NCBI GenBank assembly: GCA_002189035.1
Contig: CM007990.1
Location: 2,046,001-2,110,000 of the forward strand
Direction of reading: 5' to 3'
DNA from: Utricularia gibba
Taxonomy: Eukaryota; Plantae; Magnoliophyta
DNA length: 64,000 nucleotides
Below, one piece after another: positions 13,401 to 27,899 of the stretch. The translations under genes were made by a program, and so were the position numbers. Position 1 is the first letter of the stretch; every line of letters starts with the position of its first letter. The notes beneath the pieces are model-generated. The model worked only from the letters and a program-made list of their open reading frames with translations. It ran no database searches and was not told the DNA's origin.

Positions 13401-16400
13401 ATTATAAATATTTTGTTTATCTGAAAAAAAACTCAATTATTATATACAAATTACCTTTTCCTCTTTCTCTACTCTCCCAATTTCAATTTTCCACTCCCTT
13501 ACATTCTTCCCCCATAGCCTGCTCCCTCTTTCCCTACTTTACAAATAAACACATATTCAAATCTTCCTCCCTCTTTATTTCCTCTATTATAGACTGTAGA
13601 TATGCCAAACTCAACAACTATCAAAGAGTCTAGCAAAAAAACGAAGTGAACCCACAAGCATGATGAGGAGAAGGACCTTCGCCTAGAAGCAAATAGTGAA
13701 AGATGATTGAAAAATCAAGAACAATTTAAAAGATCACCAATCACTACGATCAAAATTCGATAAACCTTGCTCTAAAACCAATATTCGCACACATCCACTC
13801 ATATTGAGTAAGATGCATAAATGGAAAAAAGACTACTATCTTTTAAAAAAAATTTTAGTCAGGTGGTACATTGATGTCAATGAGGTAACTAACACTGTAT
13901 ATGCCGATGAGGAAGTCTATAAAGAGATTGAATATGTACACATCTGTTATTGTTGAATTTGTTATACTCATGTATATATTGTGTACTTATTCCAACATGT
14001 ATCAAGGCTGTGCGTACTATGATATAAGTTATGGCCCTATTATGTGCACTAGAGAGAGATCTTTCGAAAGGATTTGACTATCGGAGATAATTGCATTAGC
14101 TTTGTAGGCATGTCCAAGAAAAAAAAATCATAGAAGAGGTTACAGGGCATGTGGATGCATCCTTAGTTCATTGAGAATACTTCATTGATTCAGACAGTCA
14201 GGATATTAATTTCTCATATGTGCATACATCTAATTACCCATTTACTTGTGGCATAGAGGGTGTCCGTATTACTCTAGAGAGATGGGACTTAGTCGCACAG
14301 CGCTGTCCACTCTTTGAGGCATATTGAAAGAAGTAGACAAGTGCGCAAGTAGTCTATGTTATTTTTACGTGAAATGAAGGCATTGAATGTGTAAACATGT
14401 GTGGAGTTGCATCGTCTGGGGGTCAGCAATTATGCAACTAGCTCGACACTTGGCCGAGAAGTAGAGTTTGGCATTAGAGCTCAATAGAGGTATGCTTCTA
14501 CAATTGTCCACCATTCAACGCTTTTAACATATCACAAATGATTAGTTCTAATCCATTGAGGTTAAACTACTTTCTTCTATCAAGTGATGGTAATAGAGAA
14601 CTTATTGTTTGTAGTCTTAGATCTCAATCTTGAAAACGTTTGTATTATATTTTTGTATTGATAGACTTCAACAAGGATTGTATGTACTTCTTTTGGTATG
14701 TTTGGACACGTGTTAACTTTTGGTTGGGTGATGCTATGTGTATTACATTGCAAATGCTGCAAATGTAGTGTTTTCTTAAGCTCTCACATCGTATTTGAAT
14801 ATACATAGTGCTTTGCAACTATGACGTTTCATCATAATCAATATTTGGAATAAGGATATTTCAAGTAATGTCCATGCGAAATTTTTTAATCTCTTGCACG
14901 ATATTCGAATATATGTGGTGCTTTGCGAATATATATTCGATGAGATGAAATCCTTGGAATACGATGTTTCAAGCAATGTCCAAGTGAAAGACAAAAAAAA
15001 AAGTTCTCAAGCAACAACCTTATACTACTTCAAAAGTAGATGCTTCTTGTTTATTGAATGTTGTCTTGCATGATTTTGATCAACAAGTGTCGGAACCTCC
15101 ATCTCATGATACAGCACTTCTAGGAAGGTCCTAATATCACCCCCACTAAATAGTAAGTAGTCATTGATTGAAGTGTGCTTGTAGGTGGTTTGGAATATGG
15201 CATTTTTGAATTGTCCATTGAATGTATAACATCATAAAAATTACAACAAGTGCTATAATGTTATAATTTGCAATCTATGTTGCTACAATTAAGCATAATA
15301 CATCTATGATGGTCATAGTTATGTAAAAAATCAATAATGAATAGGGTCCAAATCAGTATGGAGATTATCAAAACTAGCCAATAGTAATATTGCAAATGTT
15401 AACTAGAAAAGAAGGCCACATGGTAACCTTAGAATAAAGGAGATGTTGACTCATGTAATTTTTTAAATATTGGTGGATAGAGTCATTTGGAAAACCTTGA
15501 GAATTAGAGTTTAAGAGGAAGAAGGCTAGAGGATACAGTAAGAGAATAAGGGCTGGTATTTAATGCTAGTTATAAGAAGGGGTTACTTCTATAGGGAATA
15601 AGATAAGTAGGATGAGTGTTATTGTTTGTTTTTAGAATCATGTTTTCATGCTTCTTTGGAATATATATGACTACTTGCCTATGTGTTTTTATTTTGTTTT
15701 GAAAGAGGTTCTTCCTTATTTTATTAATCTACTTTCTTTGTTCTTCATTATCTAAAATGTCCAACATGGTACGTTCTTTTGATTGTTAGTTTTTAAAAAT
15801 CCATTCAAAATCCTTAATATCCTTTGAAGTTGCCTTAATAATTTTGCTTAAAGGTTTGGTGCTCTTATTGGTTGTTATCCAAGCAAGTTTTACCCTTTTG
15901 AAGTATAGAAAACATTCAAAGTACCTTGTTTATGTGATTTGTGAATGTATGTTAGAAAATGGTGAGGATTGTGGACCTATACTCCTAGCAACATGGTCTT
16001 AACCATGAGATTCAAAGTTAATTATGTCAGACACGTTTGAAGCATCCTCATAGGGTAAGCCAAGCGAGAAAGATTAGAAAATATGTTTTATGCATGATAT
16101 GGTTTGAGTTTAGAAGTGGTGGTTGGTTGATGACTCTTCTAATCACTACTAAAAAATTTAGACAATATATGACCCACTTTTTAAGATTTGGAGGTGATAT
16201 TTAAGCTGAAGGGTCAAAGGATATAGGTAAAGTCATATTATGAGACTTACAATATGGCTTTGTATTTGTTCATGGGGTTTTATGTTCAAACACTTTTCAT
16301 TCTCTTCATACTTGTGTATGTTTTCTTCCAAATTACAGTAGCATGACGACTTCATGTTTTAAATTTATTCCAGTTGTGGAAGGGGATAGCTAAGGTTCAA

Positions 16401-19400
16401 GTGATCAACCAAAGTAAGAGTATGGATGTTCAAGATACATGAGGTCTTATAATAGCAGTAGAGAGCTATATATAAGATATGTTATATGTAGGCTGGTTGT
16501 AGTGGCCTTGGATGTTTGGTTAGTTATGTGACAATGTGTATGTAAACTTGCTTTATGTTGTTTCCCTTATATTATATAAATATTAGATTGTCTTAAGTCT
16601 GAATGTTAACTGGGACTCGACAGTCATGTCTAATGCCTCATGAGGCCTAGGCATGGCCCATGACATATAAGGTCCATCATATGACAGACTGCACTCATAT
16701 CAACACAATCATATACACAATTCAAAATTCTCTTAAGTCAATTTCTCTAGCTTGATGTACTTCACTATGATTGATCCACCACCCCCCCCCCCCTTGGCTG
16801 CATGTTGTCCACATTCGCATTCTATGACATATGTTGTCCATGAGACCGAGTGGTACCACACAACAAATGCTATATTCAAGGTGAATACCCCTCCAGTGAT
16901 TTTGTTCGGTTGGAGAATAAAACCAAAAATTTCTTAGTTCCATGTTTGGGCAAAACCTCGAAACCTATTGCAAGATGCACAAAAACATATGACCATCAAC
17001 AAGAAAAGATAATAGACCAAAACATATGTATGTGTGATTACCTGAAAACTCTCCAATATTGTCTAAGAGTTTAAGAAATGTGGGAGATGTTGGATTGCTT
17101 AGTGGGCATACCCACAAAAAACTAGTCCATCAATCTTTATAGGGACTCTGAAAGTCTATAACTAATACAAAATCCTGTTTACCATGTAACAAATAATGAG
17201 ATCTTCCCATGCATTGTATTCATACACACACACACACACACCATAAAGTAGGCATGTAGTTCTTAATATATGCCCTCTTCTTGGCAGATCTACAAAAATG
17301 CGAGAATGTGGACAATGGACAATTGACTTAAGTGTGAGTGGGATTGGTAATGGCACAAGGATTTGCATTAGGAATGGGGTGGAGGTAGTCACAAATCACA
17401 CCAAAAGTGCTCGGTGCTCATGGTAAAGCCCATACCTCCACCTCTTTTTGGAGCTTTAAAGTGGGAGGTTTCACCAGGTAATTTATCTCACATTGCATGC
17501 ACCTTTGGAATTGTAAAGTATGTATTTTTTCATCAACATTTGCAATAATCATCGCTTGTTAGACTATTAAAACTAGAAAATAATCATACATCACAAGAAG
17601 TACTTTGTATGGTGTTGTAGGTTTCCAGGTGATGGACAAGGATAGTAGACAATGATGGAGTATTGGGTGTTCACCTTTACCGTGTTGTGCAAGACTTTAT
17701 GATAGAACAAGTAGGTGAACAGATGCAATTAATGAACTCTTTGAGAAAGATGAAATCTTAGGTGTCACTATTGCACATATGGGGGGAACTAACAAAAAAC
17801 AATAATTTCAAAATCATGAAATTAACCACAATATCCATGATGTGTTGATGGTGTTGAAAACACATGAATGGCAGCAACAAAAAAAATGTACCAAGGACTC
17901 AAATTCTAACTCCCAATCAGAAGATGAATATGACATGGTTTCACTTCACAATACTTATATCTTACAGATCTACTACAAATATGTTTTCAAAAAAAAAATA
18001 CTAAATGCTAGGGTTAAGGGGAAAAATATAGACATGGGTTTTTACATAAACCCACACACCCTCCTCGATTTATGTAAACTAACCAATATGGGTTCCAATC
18101 GCGTGTATAGGCAGTAGGTGAGTTTATGTATCCAATCTTTATATTCCAATTTTTCCCTTAAATAGTGTTCAAATTGAAGCTAGATAATTGACATAGGTCG
18201 ATTCATGAATGCAAGTTACACAAAGCAGGGTGAAGTCATCATGTTAGATGCTTGACACATGTGCCTAACATGTTCAATGAAGTGGAATAAGAAGTCTCAT
18301 GATTTATTACTCCATGCTTTCACTATCAACCCTCTCTTTTGACTTTTCTCATTGGGTCAAAGTTTGTAGTGCTCACTTTTGTGGTTCCCTTATAGTTGAT
18401 TGCAAGTAGTTCACATCACCCCAATTCAAATGTTGGCAATTCTAACAAAGCTTTAGAGTCAAACGAGAAGAATGAAGATGTCAAAAGTAGAAATAGTAAT
18501 TGAGCAAGTTAACTTTGCTATGGACAAGAGTTTTTGTTTTATTTTTTATTCCAACATAGCCTAGTTCATGCGTTTTTTTTCTTCTTTTCAATTCCATTTA
18601 TTTTTTCTATTCGAGAGCTCTCACATAGTCTTTCTTGAAGCATAACATATATGAATGTGGATTGAGGTCTTTGCTTCTTCATTTGTTGACACTACTAACA
18701 CACAAAGTAAGGTTTTTTTTTTTTTGCTTTTTATATATTATTTCTAAGCACTATTTTATGTATTAACAATACAAGGAATCCAAATAGTGAACACATAAAA
18801 CATTATATAGAAATTTTTTTAATTGTTTTTTTATTTTTTTAATTTTTTTCCTTTTGATACTTATTTTTAAATTTTATATATCTTACACTAAAATTTATTT
18901 GTTAAAAATTAAATAAATAGGAATAAAAATTTTTTGTAGGTGACTATATGACAATAAGTAAATGTTATAAATGAAATTTCCAAGTAATAAATGCAGGTGT
19001 CACCTTTTAATTTTTCAGACATTTTAATTCACTTATCTTTTTCAATTTCAAATTCAAAATCTTTAAAGTGTTATTATGAAAGAAATCTTTCACTCTCAAT
19101 TTTTACCATTGTAGTTGATAAGTTATTGTTTTGTGTTGCATATTAGTCTCAATTCATCTTTTTTCTTTCACAAAGTAATCTATTTTGCATTTTATTTCTT
19201 TATTTTTATATTCATTTACTACATTAAATTTTTTAAATGTGAATTTACTTATTTAGATATTTTTAATTTATTCATAATTTTAAAAAATATTTATATAGTC
19301 ATACTTGCATCGTTATATTTTTAGTTGACAAATAATAAGATTGTATAATTATGTTTATTTTTTAGATGAATATTGCTAAAAAAAATTGCATCCGTTTTAT

Positions 19401-22147
19401 ATTTTTAATTTTTCATTTCTTTTTAAAAAAATTGAATTAACTTTCTTTACAAATTGCAACTTATTCCTTAATATTTTATATGTTGATTTATATTTATATT
19501 TAGATGATAATTGTAGAGAAGATTTGTGTATGTTATTGTGTTCTGAAAGATTATGTATTAGTGGTAAAATATAATGTTGAGCATATCTCGGATTTAGCTT
19601 TAGAAAGATTCAAAAGTTGTTGATTTGCTATTAGCACTGAATATTTTTGATATTGTCTACGATTTCCAATTCATTGGGGTGAAATTATTATAAAAATTAA
19701 AGTTTTTATTGGCATATGTGACATCACCATCAATTGTGAACATATTGTCATTCACTTATATTTGGGATGAAGCAAATAGCATCAATGAATTTGTTGCTTA
19801 TAGAAAACCTTGTTTCTTGGAGGGACAAATTTTGTTGATATGATAAAGTTGCCTACATAGCTAACAAATTGCATATGGTCTCTCTCAATTATATTTGATA
19901 GAATGAGACAGTTTTTGATGAAGTGGACAAAGGATGAAATTGTTCTTTTTTTTTTTTCCTTTGTTATTCTGGTGTTTATTGTCTAACCATTGATTTTGTG
20001 GTTCACTAGTATCCAAACCATTGGATCCGCTTGAGGCCTAGTGAGCTACTACGCTCGTTCTACTATACAACCGTCTCTTAAAAACCAGTTCTCAACAACT
20101 TGAAAAGAACTAACAACTCTTGCAATAGTTAACTAGTGATAATTAGCTCAATTCTCGAGAACATTGACCTTAGGCTCAAAGTGGGGCACAAGAGAGTGAA
20201 AAATTTTCTTGGCAACAAAAATTTTGTACTCTAAACACCCTGAGTTTATTCATTGTTTTGGAAATACAATTAGTGTATTTCTTTATATACTGAATAGACT
20301 ACATTTTTATGCTCTCAAGCTCATGTTCAACGTTTGTAATGTTCAATTTCTTTGTGAGATCATCACTCTCAAATTTGAGTTTGAGAAATATCTTTAGCAA
20401 TCTCATAGGTTATTATTTTGAGATCAACTCCTCATTTTTTTGCTAATGTTACTATTGTATTGGTTGCTGGTTTAGGGATAGAGGCATAAGTGTTGTCCAC
20501 ATCTGTTAGGTTCATTGCAGTCTATTAGATCTTTATATGTAGTGCTGAAATTGTATCGTCTTGAGTCATCTAATTTCCAAACTACTCTTGCTATTGTCAC
20601 ATCCATGTGAGATGATGAAAATAGTCATAGATTGATCTAACGATGTTCCAAGCTCTGAAACCAAATATAGGATCATTCTTGATGTTGATCAGCAAGGGTT
20701 GATGGATTGATTTATATTGCAAAATAGGTAGTGCAATACTTGCTTTTGCTGGTGGTTGTGCTGTGCAAATGGAAGTAACACTTCGACAACAATAAACTCA
20801 GTTGATAATACTTTATAAGAACTAAGACAATGAGCTGATTGTCATGTTGGGTGATAAGTTGGCTTCATTTCTATAGGAATAACTGTAGAATTATTTTACT
20901 TCGCTCAACATACTAGTTTTCTTTTCGTGTATATGGTAGTTTACTTCATTCCGTAGCTTATATATGGCAGTTTACGTTTAGTTGTTTCTTGTATAATGTA
21001 TAAATGCCATTTTTTGGATGAATGAAAGATTAAGGATTCTCCAACTCTCATTTTCATTTCTTCATTAACAACTATAAGTTCCATTTCAATTCTTATCTCA
21101 ATTTCTTCAACCCAATTATAGGCATTTGCCTTTCAACCCACCTTTCCATGGAGATGGATGGATAGAGAGCGTCAACAATAAATAGCATTTTGTAGTTGTA
21201 GTGTAGGTATGATAATGAGATAAGTAGGCGTGGTGCATGGAGCATGATTGACAAGAGAAGTCGAGAAGGCAGAAGGTACGAAACTGCCAAGACGACTCGG
21301 TTAAAGAGACAGCTCTTGAGTTTTGCAAGCCGGGTTTGGGCATGCGCGCTGACCTCCCCCGGGGGCGCCCTCCACGATGACATCCCTTTTTCACGCAAAT
21401 GAAAGCCTTCTTCTTTTGGTATTAATTACAACTCGATTAATATATAATGGGTGGCTTTGCTAATTTTTACAGGTTGAACACGACGTCGTTTGCTTCAAGA
21501 TTGATGGGGAACGGGGAAATGAGATAAATACCTCCTCTTTATAATCTGCACCGGTTACAAGGGAGAATGAGCAACGTGCGGCCCAGCTTATATTGTTACC
21601 GCAGCTGCTCTACTGATTAAAATATTTCATAAATGGACGACAGCAAAGCATACAAGTTATTTATTATAAAGGGAGGAGGAATTTATAACATTTTCTGGAT
21701 TGCCAATTAACACGTGTTCAGAAATGAATTATTTGTGCTGAAATTTCAAATTTTTGATGATTTATCAAAATGAGGAGATACTGAAACGAAAAAAGGGAAA
21801 AGCAAGAAAAAAAGAAAAGGCAAATATGTGTCTGGTTCTGGGTCTGGGGTCGGTGTTAGGGACATGCTCACAAACGCACGCATTCTGCTGCAACGCATTT
21901 ACTGCGAACATTACAAAACCTACTCTGCTTTACTCTACTCCCTCCTCTTCTTCTCTCCCACACGTTTTTTCTCTGAATATTTCTTTACCTCTTTTGGCAC
22001 CATTTTTTTCATTTCTCAGGTGCTACTCCTCCCTCCTCCCCTTTGCCCTTCGGATTCAGTGCTCCCCTCTACTCCCCCCCAATCACTTCTTTTCTTTCTT
22101 TCTTTCTTTATAAATCAGCGACTCGCGGGTGTCCTCCTTTCGTGAAG

Positions 22148-23190
22148 ATGCTGCCTGTGGAGGACATTCTGTGCGAGCTTAAAACGGAAGACGACGAAGA
22201 CGCTGTACAAAGATGGGGTCTTCATCTCCCACCGGGCTTCCGTTTCCATCCCACGGACGAAGAGCTCGTCACTTTCTATTTAGCTTCCAAGGTCTTCAGC
22301 CCCCGTGACCACGGCCTGATCGATTTCGCGGAAATCGACCTCAATCGGTGCGAGCCCTGGGAGCTTCCCGGTGAGATAGAGGATGATTGACTACCAGTTC
22401 GTACCGTACAACCATTTCATTTTCTTTTATTGTTTCTTTGTTGGGGGTAGATGCTGCGAAGATGGGGGAAAGGGAGTGGTATTTCTTCAGCTTCAGGGAT
22501 CGGAAATACCCCACGGGGCTGAGGACAAACCGGGCCACAGAGGCGGGGTACTGGAAAGCCACCGGAAAAGACAGGGAGGTATTTTCCGGTGGATCTGTCG
22601 TTGGGATAAAGAAAACACTCGTGTTTTACAGGGGACGCGCCCCGCGCGGCGAGAAGACGAAGTGGGTTATGCATGAGTACCGCTTGGACGGCGACTTGTC
22701 CTGCCGCCATATCGCCAAGGTACGCGCACACACACTCATTACCCTAAATCTGCTAAAACTGATCCAGAAAGAAACTAGCAAGCTCTCTTTCGTTTTGTTT
22801 TGCTTGGTGTGGCAGGAAGAATGGGTGATTTGCAGAGTTTTCAACAGAAGTTGTAACAAGAGGAGGAGCTATCTGCAGGGCGAAACCCAACAGGAACAAC
22901 GTTACCCACAAAGCTTTCAGACCCTAAACCCTTTTCTGATGCAACAAGCCCAATACTCCGACATGAAAACCCTAATGCCACCATCCACCGTTTTGAGCGC
23001 TCCTTTTGGTGACAAATGGTGCAAGAAAGAAGCCGATTTCGAACCCCGGCTGAAGCTTCTTCCCCAGGGCTTCATCGGCCTGGAATGGGAAGAGCAGTTC
23101 ATAATTCCGAATCCGAACCCGTTTGGGTTGGGTGGTGATGACAACAGCCATCGAGTTGTTGCCGTGGAGAAGGAGGCAATGACGTCATGA
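22148..23190 (+). CDS. CUC3: NAC transcription factor, CUP-SHAPED COTYLEDON 3-like, 288 aa
   Basis: Exons 22148-22370, 22451-22719 and 22816-23190, total 867 nt. CUC3-type N-terminus [11 protein letters not shown]; [59 protein letters not shown]. No miR164 site seen, as expected for CUC3. Confidence 0.85.
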
Positions 23191-24329
23191 GACCTTGGTT
23201 TCAGATCGTGGTGGCAGCAGCAGCACACCCATTATTATCATTAATTACTCATGATGATGATTATTATTATTATGAGAAGTAGATGTAGTAGATCCCTACA
23301 TCCAATGAGCGAAGCAGTAAAAGTGAGCTGGGTATCGTCATCCATCCCCATGATTTCACCAAAAAGCCACTTTCAGACTCGTGTGGACACACGCTCGCTC
23401 TCTCCCATTTTCAATGCTTACCATGCCATGCGTGATGCTCTCCTCACTTCCACATGTGTATTCCATTAATGATGCCATGCCCCCAAATACGATCTACTAC
23501 TTTTTTTTTCTGCCATCGAATTCATCTGAAATGTCTCCCATCCATTCACTTACAAACCCAATTCACCATTGGATTTCCCGTTTTGCACAAACTCACACCC
23601 ACCCCAAGCTCCAGGATTTGAACATGGATGGTGGTATCCGTAATTTTAAGCCTGCGTAAAACCCAAATCCATAACCAAGGTAGATCGTATTGTAAAACGG
23701 TATATGGAGGCAATGGCATCACACCACAGACTACAAGAAGGGATGTGCTCCCTGCTTGTGGCCTTGCGCAATATACATGATACGGGAGCAGGCGAGATTG
23801 CTGAAGAAAAAGGATACCAAAAACAGGGACGGGGACTCGAAATGAAATTATTGACGACGGTTTCATATATACATTCGTGGATACTATGCAATGACAACGT
23901 ACTGCATATATTTATTTACTTGTACTGATAGGGATGCAGCAGGGAGTTAGTGCAGTACAGTCCTTGACATGATAACGTAACTGCTACCACTCGTAAGAAC
24001 ACCCAAAATATTTGTTTTTGTTTGGGGGCGTCTCGTCTCGCAGAGAGAGAGGAGAGATGGATTGCACTTTCACTGGATGGGGAGCGTGCTTCGATGTGAT
24101 TAAGGAGTTGGTTCCAGTTACATCAAGCCACGCCTTTCTTTGTTGCTAATTTGACTTTATCACTTTTTAAAATGATTAATACCTATTGAGCTTTTCCTTT
24201 TCTAAAATTTAATACTTTACATACCTAATCTGATTTGGAAAATATAATTGATGTGCTAAGAAAATGTGATTGAATGGAAATTGTTGTTGGATTATAAAAT
24301 TATTAATAATGACAATCATTAATCGTTAT

Positions 24330-27300
24330 TGGATTATTCAACAATTAAGATATTGATGGAGGAAGTTTTGTTAATTAGTACCATGAAAAAGAATATGTCT
24401 ACTTCTATTTACATGTCATTCTAGAATAGGACATGTCAATTTTGGGTACATGAAACAAATGTAGAAATTAGATTTAATTCCAAAATTATATGATATAGGA
24501 ATTAAATGTGAAATATGAGTAGAGGCAATAAATTTTTTGTATGTCTAGGGAATCAAAACTACTTGATTTGATTCATTCAAATGTATGTGATTTCAAAATG
24601 TATATGTGTAGGGAAGATAATAAATTTATTCTATTTATTGATGATCATTCTAAATATATTTATATTAATTTATTGAAATACAAATTTGAAGTATTTGATA
24701 AATTTCTGCTATTTAAAACTTAGTTGAAATACCAACTTGATACAAAAATCAAGAAGGTACGATCAGATAAAGAAAGGGATGTATGCATTATTTGATGAAT
24801 TCTACGAGAAGCATGGGATAATACATGAGAAGATTTCACCGTATTCCCTTAAGTAGAATGGGGTAGCAAAAAGAAAAATATAATATTGAAAAAAATGATG
24901 AATTCAATATTCATAATTTTATATTGCTCCTGATAACTTGTGGGGGAAAACTATCTTAACCATATGTCATATCCAAAATAGAGTTCCACGCATGAAAAGA
25001 AAAGAGAAATTTGGTCAACAACATCAAATTGTTTGTTTAAAAGATATGTTGATAAAAGCGTTTCATTTTGATTTCTTATTGTTAAGTGTCATTTTTTTAC
25101 TATTTCTTAGGCTGATTTTATGTCTAAATGTTATTAGAAATGTCTAATTAGGAGTCTATAATATGAGATTTAGGTTTTTATCTAGTTTAGGGTAATTATC
25201 ATAAAATATTGTATTTTATCTATTAATTTTATTAGTTTTAATTGAGTTTTTCTAGAGGTGCACACGTGGCAATAAGTGAGAGAAAAAGGGCATCAGATGG
25301 AGATAAATTGGATCTTCCCGAGCTGACATTCCCTTGATTTCCGGAAGACTGTAGACGCTTAATCATGAGCCTTGACGTGCAGAACACGGGAGTCTCTGAC
25401 AGGCGACATCATTAACGTACCAATGTCAGATGTTGCTTGCAAGTCATCCCAAGTTCAGCAGAATACAGGAATACGAAATCTCAAACTCTCATTGAAATTC
25501 CATTCTGTTCAGACGTTAAAGCAGTTAGTTTAGTTTTCTCTTTTGTGTTTCTCTCGAGAGAGGATTTTTCTCTAACTTTTCTCTAGAGCCTTGTCTTCAT
25601 TTCCTTTAGTTTGTATGGCCGTTCGTGGCTAGAAACTTCCGTTTCTGGGTTGGGAAACCCCCAGATCTATGTTTCACTAGCTTATTTTCATCTCTTCTTT
25701 GAATCCGAATGGGTTTCATATGTCTTAGCTGATCACTACCCGCGAGTTTTGGAGAGGAGCGAGGTGGAAAGCACCAACTGGAGCCCTTTTGGCAGGAGGA
25801 AAACAACATTTTGTCTGTGGCCGTACCTCAGGATCAATGGATAGGTAGTGGCCTCGTATCTAGACTTATTGGGTCATTGGCAACACTAGGGCACACGTGT
25901 GCAATTCGGCCGTGAGGGTACGCTGGCAGGACCTCTTATTCTCACATTCGTCCAAAGAGGAGCAACATCGGACTATTCTCGTGCCTTCTTGCAAAAGAGT
26001 GTAAGGGGGGGGGAGGGGATAGACAATTCCTTACTCCTATAACCGAGTACTCAAGAAGATCAGAGAAGAGTGAAGACGTAAAAAATATAGTTGGACAGGA
26101 TTCCAAACTCAGGAACATTTACTTTATTTAAGGTTCATCACTTACGTTTATTTCAGTTGTTTATTCAAACCCCCTCTTGTTCCCTTACTCAAGCTTCATC
26201 ACCAACGTTTCTCGCACCTTTTACTTTCAAAACCATTTACAAATTGTGATAGTTTTATTCGGGTACCTCACCTTTCACTTAAAAACAACTCTTTGTGTTC
26301 GACACCCATATTACGCTTTTGTGTTTTACGAGTTTTAAAAGTATTAAAATTTGTTGTGGAAACGACACGCATCAATCGTCATGCTAGGGAAACTTTGAAA
26401 TACTTTTGTGAGTTGTATGAGAAAGATCATTGGGGTTTGGATTCATGTAGTTCTCGTGGATCTAAAATTAGAAATTTTGCATCTACTTATGATGATGATG
26501 TTTGGGCCTTACTTTGTGCTAAACATTCATCTTCCCATACATTATCTTCTTTTGGTGAAATTAATTTATATAACACTATCCATTGTTTGTATGAATGTGA
26601 TAATGATGACCAAACTTAAAATCTATAAGAAAAACAAAATGTATGGAATAAGAATGAACTACTAATTAGAGTATGAAGTAACATTTCAGTATGAAAATTG
26701 TGTTGCTTGATTAGATTGAAATATGTAATGATATATATGATTTTGATATTTATGTTTTAGTTGTTAGATTGATTTGTTTCATATTTAAATTGATTGGTTT
26801 TGTTTTGGTTTGATTAATGTTTAAAGATATTAAAATTATTAATTTGTATTAAGTTTTTTTGAACTAATTTATAAAAATTAAAATAATTAAAAATAATTAA
26901 AAATAAAAGAAATTGATAAACCCTGATTTTGGTTCGGGCCCAATCAAAATCCATTGGGTTCAACATATTTGCGTTGAATAGGAAAAATAAAACCATGAGT
27001 CATGTAACCTGTAATACCCATAATCTCATTTGGTTGTTTGGGCCCAACCCAGGCCCATCTCTAACATATATAGTGGGTAGGTTAAATAGATATACTTGTT
27101 GTCCAAGTGATGACTACTAGATAGCTCTAAGATAATTATTGAGATATTTGAGAAATATCATGCATTATGGTATACATGATACTAGAAATGCATCAATATT
27201 TGAGGGATACAGTAATGCGAGTTGGATTTTAAGTACTGATCAGACTAAAGCCACCAGTGGATTGGTTTTCACTTTTGGAGGTGATATAATTACCTGGAAA

Positions 27301-27530
27301 TCCATTAAATAATCCCTAATTCTAGAATCTATAATGGAAGTTGAGTTCATTGCTCGAGATCTAACAGGAGTAGAGGCTAAATGGTTGAGGAATTTTTTTA
27401 AGAGAAATTCCACTTAGTTCAACCTTTGAAACTCCTATATTGATGCATTGTGATTGCCGATCGTCAAGAGCACAAAAATGGACATAGAAGCAAAATTAGG
27501 ACAATCATTATTTGAAGTGGCAATAGCTAT
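24330..27530 (+). mobile_element. Degenerate Ty1/copia: integrase (24540-25010) and RT-end/RNase H (27100-27500), RT core missing
   Basis: LDLIHSNVCD, FIDDHSKYIYINLLKYKFEVF, LWGKTILTICHIQNRVP; later EGYSNASW, ATSGLVFTFGGDIITWKS. Confidence 0.75.
25050..26374 (+). mobile_element. Probable solo LTR (gypsy, Athila-like)
   Basis: Starts TGATAA and ends ...AACGACACGCATCA; about 1.3 kb with no ORF. TSD is not clean (TATGT vs ATCGT). Confidence 0.55.
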
Positions 27531-27899
27531 TGGAGTGCAAGTCACCTTGCATGTCAATATATTGACATGCTACAAGAGTTCTAAAGCGTATTTGGTTTGA
27601 CCAAGGTGTATAGTAGAAGTATTGTAATAAATCTTCAAGAAAGTAAAATAATGCAAGTTCATCATCAATAAAAAATGACATAGTGATGAGATTGTGACAA
27701 GAATGATTGAGGAGAAGGGTCTCAAATATCCAAATGAAAAAACTCAAGAGAATGATGGCTGAAATAAGAGGAAGAGGGGAGAAAAAGTCCAAAAGGCTTA
27801 TCCATTTGACATGGTGGATGTGATACATGAGAAAAATGCCTAGCATAAACAAAGGAGAAGAACACAACTAACAATATGCGAAATAAAAGATGCTGTAAA

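Noticed and set aside
14411-14460. IVWGSAIM as a Plant Mobile Domain motif
   Set aside because: A single short match with no supporting frame on either side.
15000-20700. Scattered gypsy, CACTA and SIRE-LTR-like fragments
   Set aside because: Probably TE-derived but too degraded for supportable boundaries or family calls.
23703-23760. miR164-like hairpin or target downstream of CUC3 (TGGAGGCAATGGCA ... ATGTGCTCCCTGCTT)
   Set aside because: The arms pair with several mismatches and bulges. As a target, only 8 nt match and the bases pairing with the miRNA 5' end do not.
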